A stretch of 64,000 nt of DNA from the human T2T-CHM13v2.0 reference genome, Homo sapiens. The stretch lies in assembly GCF_009914755.1 (NCBI RefSeq), contig NC_060932.1, one strand, 5' to 3'. Below, in pieces: positions 45,311 to 63,059 of this stretch. Within the stretch, counting starts at the first letter, position 1. Each line of letters begins with the position of its first letter. The position numbers were made by a program, and so were the translations under genes. Below the pieces are notes generated by a model that was given only the letters and a program-made list of their open reading frames with translations, was not told the origin of the DNA and did not search any database.

Positions 45311-47522
45311 GTAGCCACTATGCTAATCCCAATTTAAAAAGAAAAGAAATCACAACAAATGTGATTTCTAAGAGATTATTCCTGCCAGATGTGGCAGGGG
45401 GTGGTGCAAGGCTGTGGTGTCCTGGTGCGTGCACCTGTGCATGAGAATCCATGCGTATGTGGGCTCCCAACAGGACAGGAAATCTATCGAGTACCCACAT
45501 ATGTTACCTGCACTGATCCTTCAAACATTTCTACAGGGTCATTCCTATCATTGCTATTCCCATTTATAGAGAGCTGAAGAGTGGCACAGAAGCTACTGGT
45601 TCAGGGCTACAAGAACCTGGGTGGACTCAGGTTTGGCCAACTTCAAACCCTACTTCCTAATTGCTATACTATTTCTAGCAGCTTTTGGACACAGATGCTA
45701 AGGCAGCAGAAAACGATGTATTGTTAAATAACTTATGATGGGTGTGCTGTCAGTGAGACCCAGATGGGGAATGGAGAACCAGGGTAGGGAAAGAGAGGAA
45801 GACAGGCCTGGGTACATTTCAGAGGTCCTGAGAAGGGCACTTCAGCCCATCAGGCAACTTGGGAGTGAGCCTTACCTCCCATCCTGAGACAAGGGAGCTG
45901 GGTTTCCATGACCCTGTGTTAGTAGCCATTTGTTCGCAGCAAGGGTTGGGGTGAGGATGGGGGATGATGGGATTCAAACTCCCAGGAAAGTTTAATTATT
46001 GGACAAAATGCTTCCTGTTGTCTGGGAGTGGTCCTCCACAGGGAAGCCCCAGGTTCTGGGGACTGGAAACACATTAAAATAGTGTAGAAGAAGCACAGAA
46101 ATGCAGGTGGGGTGTGGAAGGGGCTACGTGCTGCATGCCTATAGTTTGTGCGAAGGACGTTCAGTTGAGTAACTATTAATTCTGACAGGGGCAGGAGACT
46201 GCCCTTAGACCACCTGGTCGTTGAAGGCTGCATGCATTCTTTCTATAAGTCCATTGGGAGGAGAGGTGGGAAAGAAAGAAAAAGGAAGGGGTAGGCATTC
46301 AAAGTTGAAGGAACTGCAAAAACAGGAGCTGAGATGAGTCAAGGCACAAGACTGCACGGAGACTGATGGAAGCTCCTGAAGGAGGGCCCTAGTTGGCCAG
46401 CAGGTATCATGGCACAATCTCAAGGACAAAGGATACAGCGGCAATGCTGGCTTGGCCCAAAGGAAGTGGGGTGGTCACCCACGTCCCTGACAGAGCAGAT
46501 TCCTGGCCTGCTCGAAGTGGAAGGAAAGGGCCCTGGGCTTGGCATTTCTGAGTTGACTGCTGTGACCTGCCTGGAAGCCAAAAAGATGGAAGAGCCCCTT
46601 TTAAGTGCTTCGCTTAATCAGGAAGGCCACTCTGCCACCCACCCTGCCGGCCACCCTGCCGGCCCTGGGTAGGCTCTTCTGTGGCCCCAGGCTGGTACTT
46701 AGAGCCTGGGGGCTGCAGTGTTTTACCTGCTTAGAATTCTCCATGAAAACAGACATATTTGATATTTAGGTGCTTTAATGGACCCTGAAAAGAAATTAGA
46801 TTGATTCATTTGAAGAATAAATGTCGGTCCCCCGCCCTCTACATGGTAAAACTCTTAAATGCTTCTACTTAATGGAAATGGAAATTACCTCTCAAAACAT
46901 TACAAAAACTAATGATGGCAATTTTTATATGTTTCCACAATTTACTGTGCTATCTTTTCTCTTGCTTTGATGAGCAATGACTAGTAGATGCCTGTTTTGT
47001 GCCTAATCATTTGCTGCAGCCTCACTCGACTTGAACAGACCCCGCTCCCAAGCATGATTCAACTGATCAGCCCCCTAAGGGAAAAAAATAACATCTCTAG
47101 GTAGGAAGAGGCTGTAGAATATATTAAATAGCAACATTTTGGTGGAAGAAAAGAGCCAAGGCTAAGTATATTTAACATCTGTTCACACAGACATGGACAT
47201 ACCAATTACTTTGTAACCCTGAACTCAAAAGAAAAAAACAAATCTGAGACCCGCAAAACATAAGCAAGCCTTTGAAGAAAGCATAATTACATTTTAAAAT
47301 GTCTTACACCTGTTTTATCTTCCTGGAATACCTGAACTCTCACATTCAATTAATTAACATTCATCTTTGTATTTCTCAGGGCATAGTACAATTTCTGGCT
47401 TGTAGGAGGCATCTGAAAAATTTGTTGAACTCAGATAAATATCAGTTTTGATCCAAATGTCATATGCTTGACTGACAAGTATAATAAGTGAGCATGTTAG
47501 AAATAAGACAGACCAAATCAAT

Positions 47523-47660
47523 TATACATACACACATATATATACATGTATATATTTATATGTATAGACATTTATATGTATAGGAAGACCACTTGAAATT
47601 ATATACACACATGCATGTATATGTATACATATGCATGTATGTTTGTGTGTGTATATGTTA
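47523..47660. repeat. TA/CA/TG low-complexity tract
   Basis: Alternating purine-pyrimidine runs. Confidence 0.8.
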
Positions 47661-47793
47661 TGTCTTATGATTACTACAAAGAATAGTGAAAGTAGCATTC
47701 AATTTGAGTACTGAGACACACAATGAAGTTTCTGAAAATCCCCATCACACTTTTACTAAGAAAAATTTATGTTCTGTTCTATCTGCATAACTA

Positions 47794-48168
<375 letters not shown>

Positions 48169-48179
48169 CTACCAGATGA

Positions 48180-48579
<400 letters not shown>

Positions 48580-48772
48580 ACAGGCTGTATCATTCTTTAA
48601 GGCCATTGTGGACACAGAGATTAGCAAATGCTGCTGGTCACAGTCTTGGTCCTGAGCTGGTTGTCCCAGCCATTCCTGTATCCCACTCTCTTATCGTCCA
48701 TCGATGTCCATCTTCCCATCTTACCTTCACACTGAATGTTCAGCAACATCCCTCCTGTTTAACCTTGGCACC

Positions 48773-49128
48773 TGACATGGTTTTGCTATGTCCCCACCCA
48801 AATCTCATCTTGAATTCCCACATGTTGTGGGAGGGACCCAGTGGGAGGTAACTGAATCATGGAGGCAAGTATTTCCCATGCTGTTATTGTGATAGTGAAT
48901 AGGTCTCATGAGATCTGAGTTTTAAAAAGAGGAGTTCTCCTATACAAACTCTGTCTCTATTTGCCTGCTGCCATCCATGTAAGATGTGACTTGTTCCTTC
49001 TTGCCTTCCCTGGTGATTGTGAGGTTTCCCCACCCGTGCAGAACTATAAGTCTAATTAAACCTTTTATTATGTAAATGGCCCAGTCTTGCGTATGTCTTT
49101 ATCAGCAGCATGAAAACAGACTAATACA
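48773..49128 (+). mobile_element. THE1 (THE1A/B-like) solo LTR
   Basis: tgacatggttttgctatgtccccacccaaatctcatcttgaatt...gactaataca; 5-bp TSD GCACC. Confidence 0.92.
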
Positions 49129-49639
49129 GCACCCCTTCACCCATGCTATGAGGGCCCTCTGTCTCACTTACATCAAATCACCCTGTTTAAATATCCCTTC
49201 TGTCACCTCTGCCTTAGGAACACTTCTGTTGGTTCCATCTGCAAGCTTCCCTTGAATGCTTGACTTCCCTTGAATGGTAAGACTTTTTATTAACTGATAA
49301 TATTAATAATAACAGCTGCATTTTATTTTTCCCATTTTGTATCAAGCACTATGCTAGGGGCTTTGTCATCATGTCCTCAAATCCTCTCTGAAACCCTAGG
49401 CAAAAGGTATGACTATCCCCATTGTGGTAAAAAAAAAAAAAAAAAAGAGAGATACATGGAACAAAACAGCCAAATGAAATCATTTATTCCAACAAGATCA
49501 TTCAAATACTGAGTATCAAAGACATCATTAAAGTCCAAATGTTTTCACTCCTCCTGGTTCTCTTCCAATATGCTATATTTTTGCCTAAAGATATATTTTT
49601 CTTTTTTCCCGTCAGAAATGCATACAGATAATGGAAAAT

Positions 49640-50125
49640 ATGTTTGGATAGTTGGCCAGAAATAGGACTGCCAGAGTTTCCTCCCATCACTGTACATGCA
49701 GACAGTGCTTCCAATGAACGGCGAGAGTCTATTTCCGTTCCCCTGGGGCTGGCCTTGTCACCTGCCCTGAACAATGAACTGTGGAGGAAGCAACCCTGGG
49801 CCAGTCTCCATCTAGCCCTTAAGTGGCCTGGAATCTTCTTCATTTTCTCTCTGAGGAACTCAGCTATCATGTAAGAAGTCTGACCACCCAACTGGAGACA
49901 GAAGCCCAGCTGTCGCTCATCTGGTGCAGCCACTCCAACCAAGGGGTCAGACACAGATGAGTGAAGCCATCTTGGCTGCTCCATCCTCAGCTGAGATCTC
50001 AGCTGAAGGTAGTGCATAAATGTCCCCAGCCTAGGCTGGCTAACTCAAAACATTATAAAAGAATAAGCCATTGTTAAAAGTCACAAGTTTTGGAGTGCTT
50101 CATAATGCAGCGGTCTCTAACCAAA
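49640..50125 (+). mobile_element. MLT1-type MaLR LTR (older subfamily)
   Basis: gagtgaagccatcttgg...aagttttggagtgcttcataatgcagc MLT1-like 3' end. Confidence 0.6.
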
Positions 50126-51476
50126 AATAGTATAATTGGAAAATTCACCTTGAAGAAGAAATACAAATTCTGCACATCCCTCACCTGGGGCACAATCTCA
50201 TTGTAAATTATTGCTGGCCACTGTGTTAATATTCTGTTCTAAACAGTGTGCTACTGTAAAGCTCAAGGCATACCAACTTCATCATAATTATTCTTCTGTT
50301 AAACTATACTAGAAAAGAAAATAGTTTTTTTTTTTATTTTCTTTGTCTCTGTGCAGCACTATCTCAAGCCCTTCTCTTCCCCCATTACTCGCTGGGCTCT
50401 GCCAACCACTGAGCATCCTGCAGCCCTCTGGTCCTCACAGCTGGGGCCTGCCAGCTCCAAAAGATGGCTCATCCGGTGACAGGACCCAAGCTCCTGTTGT
50501 CCACAGTCACAAGGAAGAAGCAGAGTCCTTGACGGGAGCCTGGGCATGGCTTTCATCAGGTTGGCTGTGGTGTTATTTCTGCTTCACTTCTAGGTCTCCT
50601 CTCCGAGGCTTTTACCTTGACCCTGAGAGCAGGTTCCTCAAACCCCTGATGACATGACCACAGGTAGGACTAACTGGCTACTTACCTTGTGCTGGTTCTT
50701 GTTCTGACATATGTATATTTAGAACCTCTGTGAAATAGAAAGTGTCCTTTTTATTTATAATTTCTAAGACAAATATCTATGAAGAATGCATTTTTATCCT
50801 CATATTTCAGGAAACTAAAGTTCAAGCTGCTCATGTTATTATCCAATGTACACATATGGACACTGGTTCACGCAGGGCAGGGTCCAAATCCCCTGCTCTC
50901 TCTGTGGACATCAGGGACCTTCTTCTGTTGGAAGGTAGGGTGGGGAAGGGGTGAAGCACAGGATGATAGGAAAGGAGGGAACTACTGGATTCTTAAATCA
51001 CTCTGGATCTACACTGGACCTAGAAGAATGGGTGGCCTACTTATCAGATGCCTGATTCCTTCCCAGGAGAGAGGGGTGGAGGGAAAGAGGAGGAACACCT
51101 TGGAAATACGGCAACTTGACTGTTATTTAATGCTTCACTCTGCTCAGAGGCAAGGGAGAAGCCAGTGGCCATCAGTGTCTTTCCTTTTGTAGATCACAGA
51201 CTTGAGTTATCCTATTGCTCTGAAACCACAGGCCTCTTCTCATGTTCTATCATGTGGCCTGGGGAACCAGGTCCCCCTCCAGATGTCTTCCATGGTAAAT
51301 TTAAGCAGACCACCACATCTACTTTCCTGACTTGTGGGTATTCAATTGCATGTGATTCCTCTCACCATAACACGTTGCAAATTCCAAGTGAATTATATCA
51401 AGTGTAGCTATGACCAGTACTCTTAGCTCTACTGAACTGGATTTCTACAACATTCTTGGCTACTCGTACTTTATAA

Positions 51477-51879
<403 letters not shown>

Positions 51880-52330
51880 TAGCTAGTCTACACAGTCCTC
51901 CCAAATTTACTAATGCAAACTCCTAATAGCTCTACTAGTTAATATTATGTCTGTCTTTATTTCTGGCATGGTAAGTTCTCTTTTTCTGACTCAACACTCT
52001 GTGATAGACTACCTGCTCAGAGCCCTGGTTACCCACTTTGTACTCCAGCCTTCTCAAGATCAGGATCTGAGTTGTCCTTGGCAATCCTTCTCCTCAAGCT
52101 GGGAGCACTGCTCTTGGACCCCTCAAGGTGTATGAAAAGTGCCACCGACACCGCCTACTCACTCAGTCCTCTGTACCTAGTTGATTCCCAGGTTCCCTTT
52201 AACAGGCTTCTCTACCCACTTGCTGGATGTCATTTCCTACCAGCGTCCTCCCTGACTTGACTTTAACCAACCCTCCACAGCCAGTTTATCTCCAAATACT
52301 GGCTGTTCCTGGGAAAGTGTATTTTTCTTA

Positions 52331-52675
<345 letters not shown>

Positions 52676-53642
52676 CTAGAATTAATCCTGAAGGCCATAG
52701 GAAATCAGGGAAGTTTCTTGGCAGCATGCACAATCATCTGGCATCAATGAGAAATGCATTTTATCAGCAGAGTTGGAGAGGGAAGTGACGGGGCAGTGTT
52801 GGAGATTGGAAGTTGAGTTCACTTGAGATCACACAAGACTGAACAAGGTTGGAGGTGATGGGAATAGAGAAAAGAAAGAGATGGGTCATGTGACACAGTT
52901 TCATTAAGAGGTGTGGGTTTTATTTAGTCAAGAAAGGTTATTGTTATAGGAAAGTAGGTTATTTACGCACAGTGGAGAATCCATCTATAAATTGAGTTTC
53001 TATCATATTGCAACACAAAAACCACTTCCTTTAGTAACACAGCCACTGAGTTATTCTTGGAAGTGTTGCCAAATGCACTTTTCCCTGTGTATTTCACCTT
53101 CCTTAATTTTAACATAGCACTCCCATTTTCAAATTCCACCATTTCAGGACAATGTGCAGGTTCTCCTGATGTCAGTTAACTCTCTAATGTGCCCTCTTTT
53201 GCCCCAAGTACAGAAGCATCTTTTGAAGTTCTGTGCTTTGCAATTAATGACTTTTTGCTTGTAAGCATTTGAGGACATTTCTGGCATCATCATTGTTCTC
53301 TTCTTTTACTGATTTGAAACCCATTGTGAGATGGAATGTGAATAAACCAAAGTGAAATATAAGGAAAATGGACCATGAACACATCAGTCTCCTGTGGCTC
53401 ATTGAGCTCATAGCTGGGCGAGCACCCTGCTATTGACATCCTTGCACTGCACATACACTCGTAGAATGTTTCTGCTGGCAGTCTCTTGCTTGTTTTTAAT
53501 GTATAAATGATGAACAAAAATGAAGAGAAAAGGGCACTGGCGCTGGATTCATAGCTGCAGCATGAGTGACACATTTCCAGCTGTGTGACTTTAAGTACAT
53601 CACATAACTTCTCTGAACTTGTTCCTGTATCTGTAAAATGAA

Positions 53643-53964
<322 letters not shown>

Positions 53965-54816
53965 TGACTTCTGTTTCCAGAAAGATGAAGTGACAGACAT
54001 ACTTTACCCTATTTTTCTCACTAAGCACAACAAAAACTCTAACTGTATACAGAAAACAAGCAAATGAAGATGCTTCAAGGTAGAGAGGAAAGCAGACAGG
54101 TTAGGAACCTCAGGACCCAAGGAGAGACATGCTGGTGAGGCTTCTGCATTTCCTGTTGCCTCATATATCCCAGACTGGATACTGGAGAAGCCAAGAAGCC
54201 AGAAAAGCTAATAGCCACCAACAAGAAAATTATACAAAAAAAAGCCCTCTCCCTCCAGCCGAAGGATCAGGAAGAGAACAGCCTAGCAAGACAGAAAACT
54301 TTTAGGCAACAGCTGTCTACTCCAGTCAAGAAACAGAAAACACTGTGGGCCCACCTCCACCCACACCAGCAAAGGCAAAGTGGGAAGTCTAGACACCCGC
54401 CATCCCCAGACTGCATGAAAACACTGCATCCCCACCCAACCTGCCAAGAGAAGGACTTCAGCAGGGAGCCAGGCTTCCATCCCTAACAGATGGCAAAGAG
54501 AACCCCACCTGTTCAGTTGAAGTGGAGACCATGTGGGGAGCCTGGACCTCCACCCACCACCCCGCAGTAATGAGGGCATACATATGCCCATGTGATTTTC
54601 ACAAAGGTGCAAAAGCAATTCAATGGAGCAGAGATCGCCTTTTAAAATAAGTTGTCCTGAAGCAATTGGCTATCCATAGACAAAATAACAGCCACTACCA
54701 ACAAACAAACCTCAACTTTAATTTCATATCTTATAAAGAAACTATTAATAACTCAAACTAGATTGTGGACTTAAATGAAAAATATAAAACTATTAGGAAA
54801 CAGAGAAAAGTTTTAA

Positions 54817-55200
<384 letters not shown>

Positions 55201-55207
55201 TAATAAA

Positions 55208-55357
55208 TTTTGTTTGTTTGTTTGCTTGTTTGTTTATTTTGAGAGATGAGGTCTTGCTATGTCGCCCAGGCTGGCATCAAACTCCTGGTCTCAAGTGATC
55301 CTCCCACTTCGGCTCCCCAAAGTGCTGGGATTACAGGTGTGAGGCACTGTACCCCGC
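55208..55357 (-). mobile_element. FLAM-type Alu monomer
   Basis: Single left monomer, (TTTG)n tail, TSD ATAAATTTT. Confidence 0.85.
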
Positions 55358-55426
55358 AGATAAATTTTAGTTCATTAAAACTAAACACTTTTGTGCTATG
55401 AAAGACACTGTTAAGATACAAGCTAC

Positions 55427-56384
<958 letters not shown>

Positions 56385-56591
56385 TCTGACAAAGGACTAT
56401 TATCTAGGATATATAAAGAACTCTTGGAACTCAGTAGTAAAAACAAACACACCAATTAAAAAGTGGGCAAACGCAAGAAAAATTTCACCAAAGGGGACAC
56501 ACAGAGGGCAAACAAGCTCATGAAAAGATGCTCAAATGTTCATACACAAAAAGCAAAACAGAGTATCAATGCAGTCTCTATTAAAATGCCA

Positions 56592-56698
56592 GGTCAGGAG
56601 TGGTGGCTCATGCCTGTAATCCCAGCACTTTCGGAGGCCGAGGCTGGAGAATTGCTTGAGCCCAGGCTAGGCAATATATGGAGACCCCATCCCTACAA

Positions 56699-56737
<39 letters not shown>

Positions 56738-56915
56738 ATTAGCTGGGTGTGGTGGCAGATGCCTGTAGTCTGTAGTCTCAGTTACTTGAAGGGCTGAGGT
56801 GGGAAAATCACTTGAGAACAGGAGGTTGAAGAGGAAGTGAGCTGAAATCACAACACTGCACTCCAGCCTGGTTGTCAGGCGGAGACCTTACCTCAAAAAA
56901 AAAAAAAAAAAAAAA
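56592..56915 (+). mobile_element. AluJ with expanded (TAAA)n linker
   Basis: Diverged dimer with an internal deletion and poly(A) tail. Confidence 0.85.
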
Positions 56916-58238
56916 ATTCGAAGGGCATTTTTTATACAAATAGAGAAAATAGTTCTAAAATATGTATGGAACCACAAAAGATATTAAACAGCTATAATAC
57001 AATCTTGAGAAAAAAGAAAAATGAACAAGGTAAAATGGCCACTTACAATCAAAAGAAAATATTTGCAAACAATATGTCTGATAAGGGATTAGTATTCAAA
57101 ATGTATAAGAAAATCATGCAACTCAATAGCAGTAATAATAATAATAATAATCCAATTTAAAAGGACAAAGGACCTGAATACACATTTTTCCAAAGAAAAC
57201 ATTCAAATTACCAACACGTTTGTGAAAAAGTACTCAATGTTACTAATCACCAGGGAAACACAAATCAAAACCACAACAACATGTCACCTCATACATTTTA
57301 GGACAGTTATCATGACAAAGACAAGAAATAACCAGTGTTGATGAGAATGTGGAGAAAAGAAAACCCTTGTATTCTTTTCTGATAAGAATGTAAATTGGTA
57401 TAGCCATTATGAAAAATAACATGGAGGTTACTCAAAAAAGTAAAAATAAAATTGCCATATGACCCAGAAACCCCCTCTGCTCATGTATACCAACAGGACG
57501 TCAAAGTCAGCACCTCATGGAGAGATCTGCACCTCCACCTTCATTGCGGCATTAGTCACAATAGCCCAGATACAGAAACAACATAAGTGCCCAGCAATGA
57601 ATCAATGAATAAACTGTGGAATACATATCAATGTACACACACACACACATACACATGCACTCAAACAATGGAATGTTATTCAGCCTTTAAAAAAAAAAGA
57701 AGATACTTCCATTATCAACAACATGGATGAAACTGAAGAACATTATGCTTAAGTGAAATAAGCCAGATACAGAAAAAAAAATACATGATCTCACTTACAT
57801 GTAGAACATTTTTAAAAAAGGAAGTCAAACACGCAGAAAGAGAGAATAGGATGATAGTTACCAGGAACGGAGAAGGGAAAGAAAGAAGAAATGGGGAAAT
57901 GTAGGTCAAAGAGTATAAACTTGCAGATATATAGTATAAATAAGTTTAGAGATCTAATGTACAGCCGGAGGATTATAGTTAATAATATTGTATTATATAC
58001 TGAAATTTGCTAAGAGAACAGATTTTAGATGTACTTACCACAGAAAAATTTAAAATAAAAAAAGAATGCCACTTTGGAAGACAGTAGATGTGCTACTCTG
58101 CTCACATATAATGATCATTTCACTGTATATTTGTTTATCAAAACATCATGTTGTATACTTTAAATACATACAATAAAATAAATGTTTAAAAAAGATATTC
58201 AACATCATCAGACAAAATACTAATTAAAACCACAATGA

Positions 58239-58560
<322 letters not shown>

Positions 58561-58712
58561 TCATCAAAATGACTAAAATAAAAAACATTGACAACACCAG
58601 ATACTGGCAATTATGCAGGCAAAGTGGATCACTCACACATTGCTGGTGGAAATGTAAAATGGAACAGCCACTCTGGAAAACGTTAGCTAGCTTCTTTAAA
58701 AATTAAACATAC

Positions 58713-59076
<364 letters not shown>

Positions 59077-59694
59077 TTACTTATGCAAGAACTTGTTCAA
59101 AATGTTTAGAGAAGCTTTATCCACAATACTAAAAACTGAAACAACCCAGATGTCCTTTAGTAAATGAATAAACTGTGGAAACTACTCCTCAATAAATAAG
59201 AATGAACAATTCATACACAGAACAATCTGGATGGATCTCCACACAGTTGTGCTCAGCAAAATAAGCTAATTTGAAAAAGGTGTATATTTCCATTTACATG
59301 GCAAGTTTAAAGTTGCAAAATTATGAAAATATAATACAGATTAGTGGCTGCCAGGGGTTGGGGAGTGGATGGGAGAGAGAGGCAAGCGGGTGTGGCTATC
59401 AAAGAGCAACATAAAATGTGAGATCCATGTGGTGATGAAAATAATTTGTATCCTGACTGTCCATATCAATATCCTGACTGTGAAATTGTACCATAGCATT
59501 ACAAGATACTACCATTAAGGAAACTAGATAAACATTATATGAGATGTCTCTGTACTACTTCTTAAAACTGCATGTGATTCTACAACTAACTCAAAATAAA
59601 GCATTTAATTGAAAAACATAAAAGGCATCTGTCCTGTTCAACAGGAAAATCACAGTGACTGGATCTATTGGAAAGGATAAGGCTCCATACCAAC

Positions 59695-60210
59695 TGGAGA
59701 AAACGCAAACGCCTACAGGGGCCAGGCAAATTACAAAAATGAAATTGTAAGAAAACCTTAGGTTCCACCAAATCTATCTTTTTATTTTCTGCTTTCGATG
59801 GATATACGGGACAAGAAACAATAACCTACCATCAGAAAATCCCAGTGGAAGCACATTTACAAATGACCATGACATGTGCCTCTGTGTGAGGGCAGCAGTG
59901 GCCGCCTTGGCCACAGGAGCAGCTGCTACTTAGCAGTGGCTTATTACGACCCCGCAGAAACATTGACTGCGTGTTGCTAGATCTTTCAGTTTTTCAGGGG
60001 AAGACAGAAATTTAATTTTGTAATAAAACATCTTTAAAATGCTAAATATTTGTTCACAAATCAATGGCAATGACAACAGCAACATCAGCAATAGTAAAAA
60101 CAATTAGCAGCGGCAGCCATGGCCACAACGTTAGCAATAAAGCACTGTGTCAACAAGATAAAACACATTTGCAGACTCAATCCTCATGGGCCAATAATTG
60201 GCAAACCCTG
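59695..60210. mobile_element. MER45-like hAT-Tip100 element
   Basis: aaacgcctacaggggccaggca start and aacacatttgcagac...ttggcaaaccctg end. Confidence 0.55.
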
Positions 60211-60993
60211 ATTGACACAAATACAAGATGTTACTTTTAGTATTTCTTTAATAAAAGATCTATGTATTTCAGTAATTTCATGAAAAAGGAAAGGGACACG
60301 AATCCCATCAGCACCGCCACCAACTGTCACATTGTAAGGGTGCCTTCTCTGAACATATTAATACAATGAGTCAGTCATTGCCAGGGGCTATGCATCCCTC
60401 TCCCATCCCACTGCACTTGAAGTGGTTACAGCTATGCTCAAGATTTATTAAGCATTTATGTGGCAGGACCTGTACTAGCAACTTCCATATATGCAATCTT
60501 GGTTGAACCCCCACAAATCCTATGTGAAAGCAAGTAGCAGCTCAAGGGTAAATGAAGGAAGGCATTGAGCCATTGGAAAGATCTAACCAGTTATCCGAAG
60601 CCACAGAGTTGGCAAAGGGCAACCAGGATTCTAACTCCAGAGATGGGTGTTTCCTTTTCCCTGATACCCCTCATAGGAAGCACATTTTGTTGTATAGCTA
60701 CGTCTCTTTTATGGCTGATTCCAAAGTGCTTTTGAATTGTTTCTTAAAAGCCCTTGATGCTACTGAATCTTACTTCAAGAACTTAATTATATTGAACTTC
60801 AGATACTTTATAGGAATAGGGTGAAAGTTTACATTTCAATTAGGTTGACCCATTCAGGTTCTGTCCTGATTAAACAGAATGCTAAAACTGCTTTAGTAAT
60901 TTCCTTTTATCTCATGGGAAATTTCTACCAAGTCATAAATCCACAAACCACATATTCATATATGATGTGCAAGATACTGTTTGATCCCCATAG

Positions 60994-61480
<487 letters not shown>

Positions 61481-61721
61481 TAAAGAAAGGAGCAGTTTGC
61501 TTAAATTGTTGGAGAATTATCAAATGGCAAAATAAGATGGGCCATTAGTTTCGTCAGAATGGGGAAAGAAGCTAGGATGTGGAAAACTTCAGGCAGTATG
61601 CTGTTGTGTTTCAGTAGCCTAGATTTGCACAGAACTCCTTCTGGGATATAGTAACAAAAATAGTCACCCTTTATTGATTTCCCTCTGTATGACTGGCACT
61701 AAACTATGCACTTTACATAAT

Positions 61722-62234
61722 TTGGTAGGCATAATAATACCCCCCAACCCCTGACATACACCTCCTAATGTTCAGAACCTGTAAATATGTTGGGCAAAAC
61801 AGAATTAAGGTTGCAGATGAAATTAAAGCTGTTAATCAGCTGGCCTTGAAATTTGGAGATTATTCTAAACTTCATGGGTATACTCAATGCAATCACAAGA
61901 GTCTTTTCCTTATAAGAGAAAGAAGGAGGCAAGAGACAGAGAGAGAGGGACAGAGTAGTGCAATGTGAGAAAGACGTGACCAGCCATTGCTGATCACCAG
62001 CCAAGGGATGCAGGCAGCCTCTATAAACTGGAAAAGATAAAGAAACAGACTCTTCTACTGCATGGAGACTCCTCTAGCGCCTCCACGCAGTAATACAATC
62101 CAGCAGGAATACTGACTTTAGCCCACATTTCAGAATTCTAACCTGCAGAATTCTAAGATAATAATGTTATGTTGTTTTAAGCCACTTAGGTTATGGCAAT
62201 ATATTATAGCAGTAATTGTAAACTAATGAATACA
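61722..62234 (+). mobile_element. MLT1D-like MaLR solo LTR
   Basis: gaattaaggttgcagatgaaattaa...aatcagctggccttgaaat...ttttaagccactt motifs. Confidence 0.8.
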
Positions 62235-63059
62235 GGCTTTCAAATTTCCTCCTCATGACAAAACCAACAGATGGGAATAAATATCCTCACGTTAACAACA
62301 CACAAATTGTGACTCAGAGAAGTTAGGTAATTTGCCCACAGTCACATAGCTAGTCAATGGATAGTTTAGGGATTAAAATGCAGGGCCATTTGGCTAGCAC
62401 CAAGCTTATTTTAGGGAAGGCAAAGCCAGGTGCTTTAACGTTATAAGCCCACCTCAATTTCCTCATCACTCTTATCACAGGGGCCCAGCTGGATTCTCGC
62501 TCTGATCACTAATTTTCTAATATCGTCTCTCGTTTCATGTATTTCATTGTTTTCTCAAAAGCACCTTGAGAACAAGAATGCTACTATTTACTTCTTTTGT
62601 ATTCCTTAGAGGTCTCACAGCTGTGCCAGAGAGAGAAAAGCAACTAATGAACATCTGTTCTCAGTTGATTAGAGAAATATCCATTACCACCAGCCACTGA
62701 AGGAGACAAGCCATGCACCATTCATCTCTGTATCCCCAGAAACTAAAAGAGGACTGATGTGGTTGGCATTCAATAAATGCCAGGTGAAGGAATGAATAAG
62801 TGAAAATTCTAAAAATAAAGATTTCCCCAAACAATGGTGTTCTACAATTCAATCCTACTATACAATTCTGTGAGTGATAAAGAATCCACATGCAACTTTT
62901 GTAAAATGAGGAGTAATATTCTATAATGGGAATACAGAAATCTGTGACATTTTGTCAAAATCATTTTTCATAGCAGTATAGCATGAAACAACCGCTCTGA
63001 CTCAGGGGCATCTGACATGACCTAAAATACAAATCATTATTATGAAAAGTCAAACACAG

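Noticed and set aside
46639-46662. 12-bp tandem duplication CCACCCTGCCGG x2
   Set aside because: Ordinary slippage event with no evidence of function.
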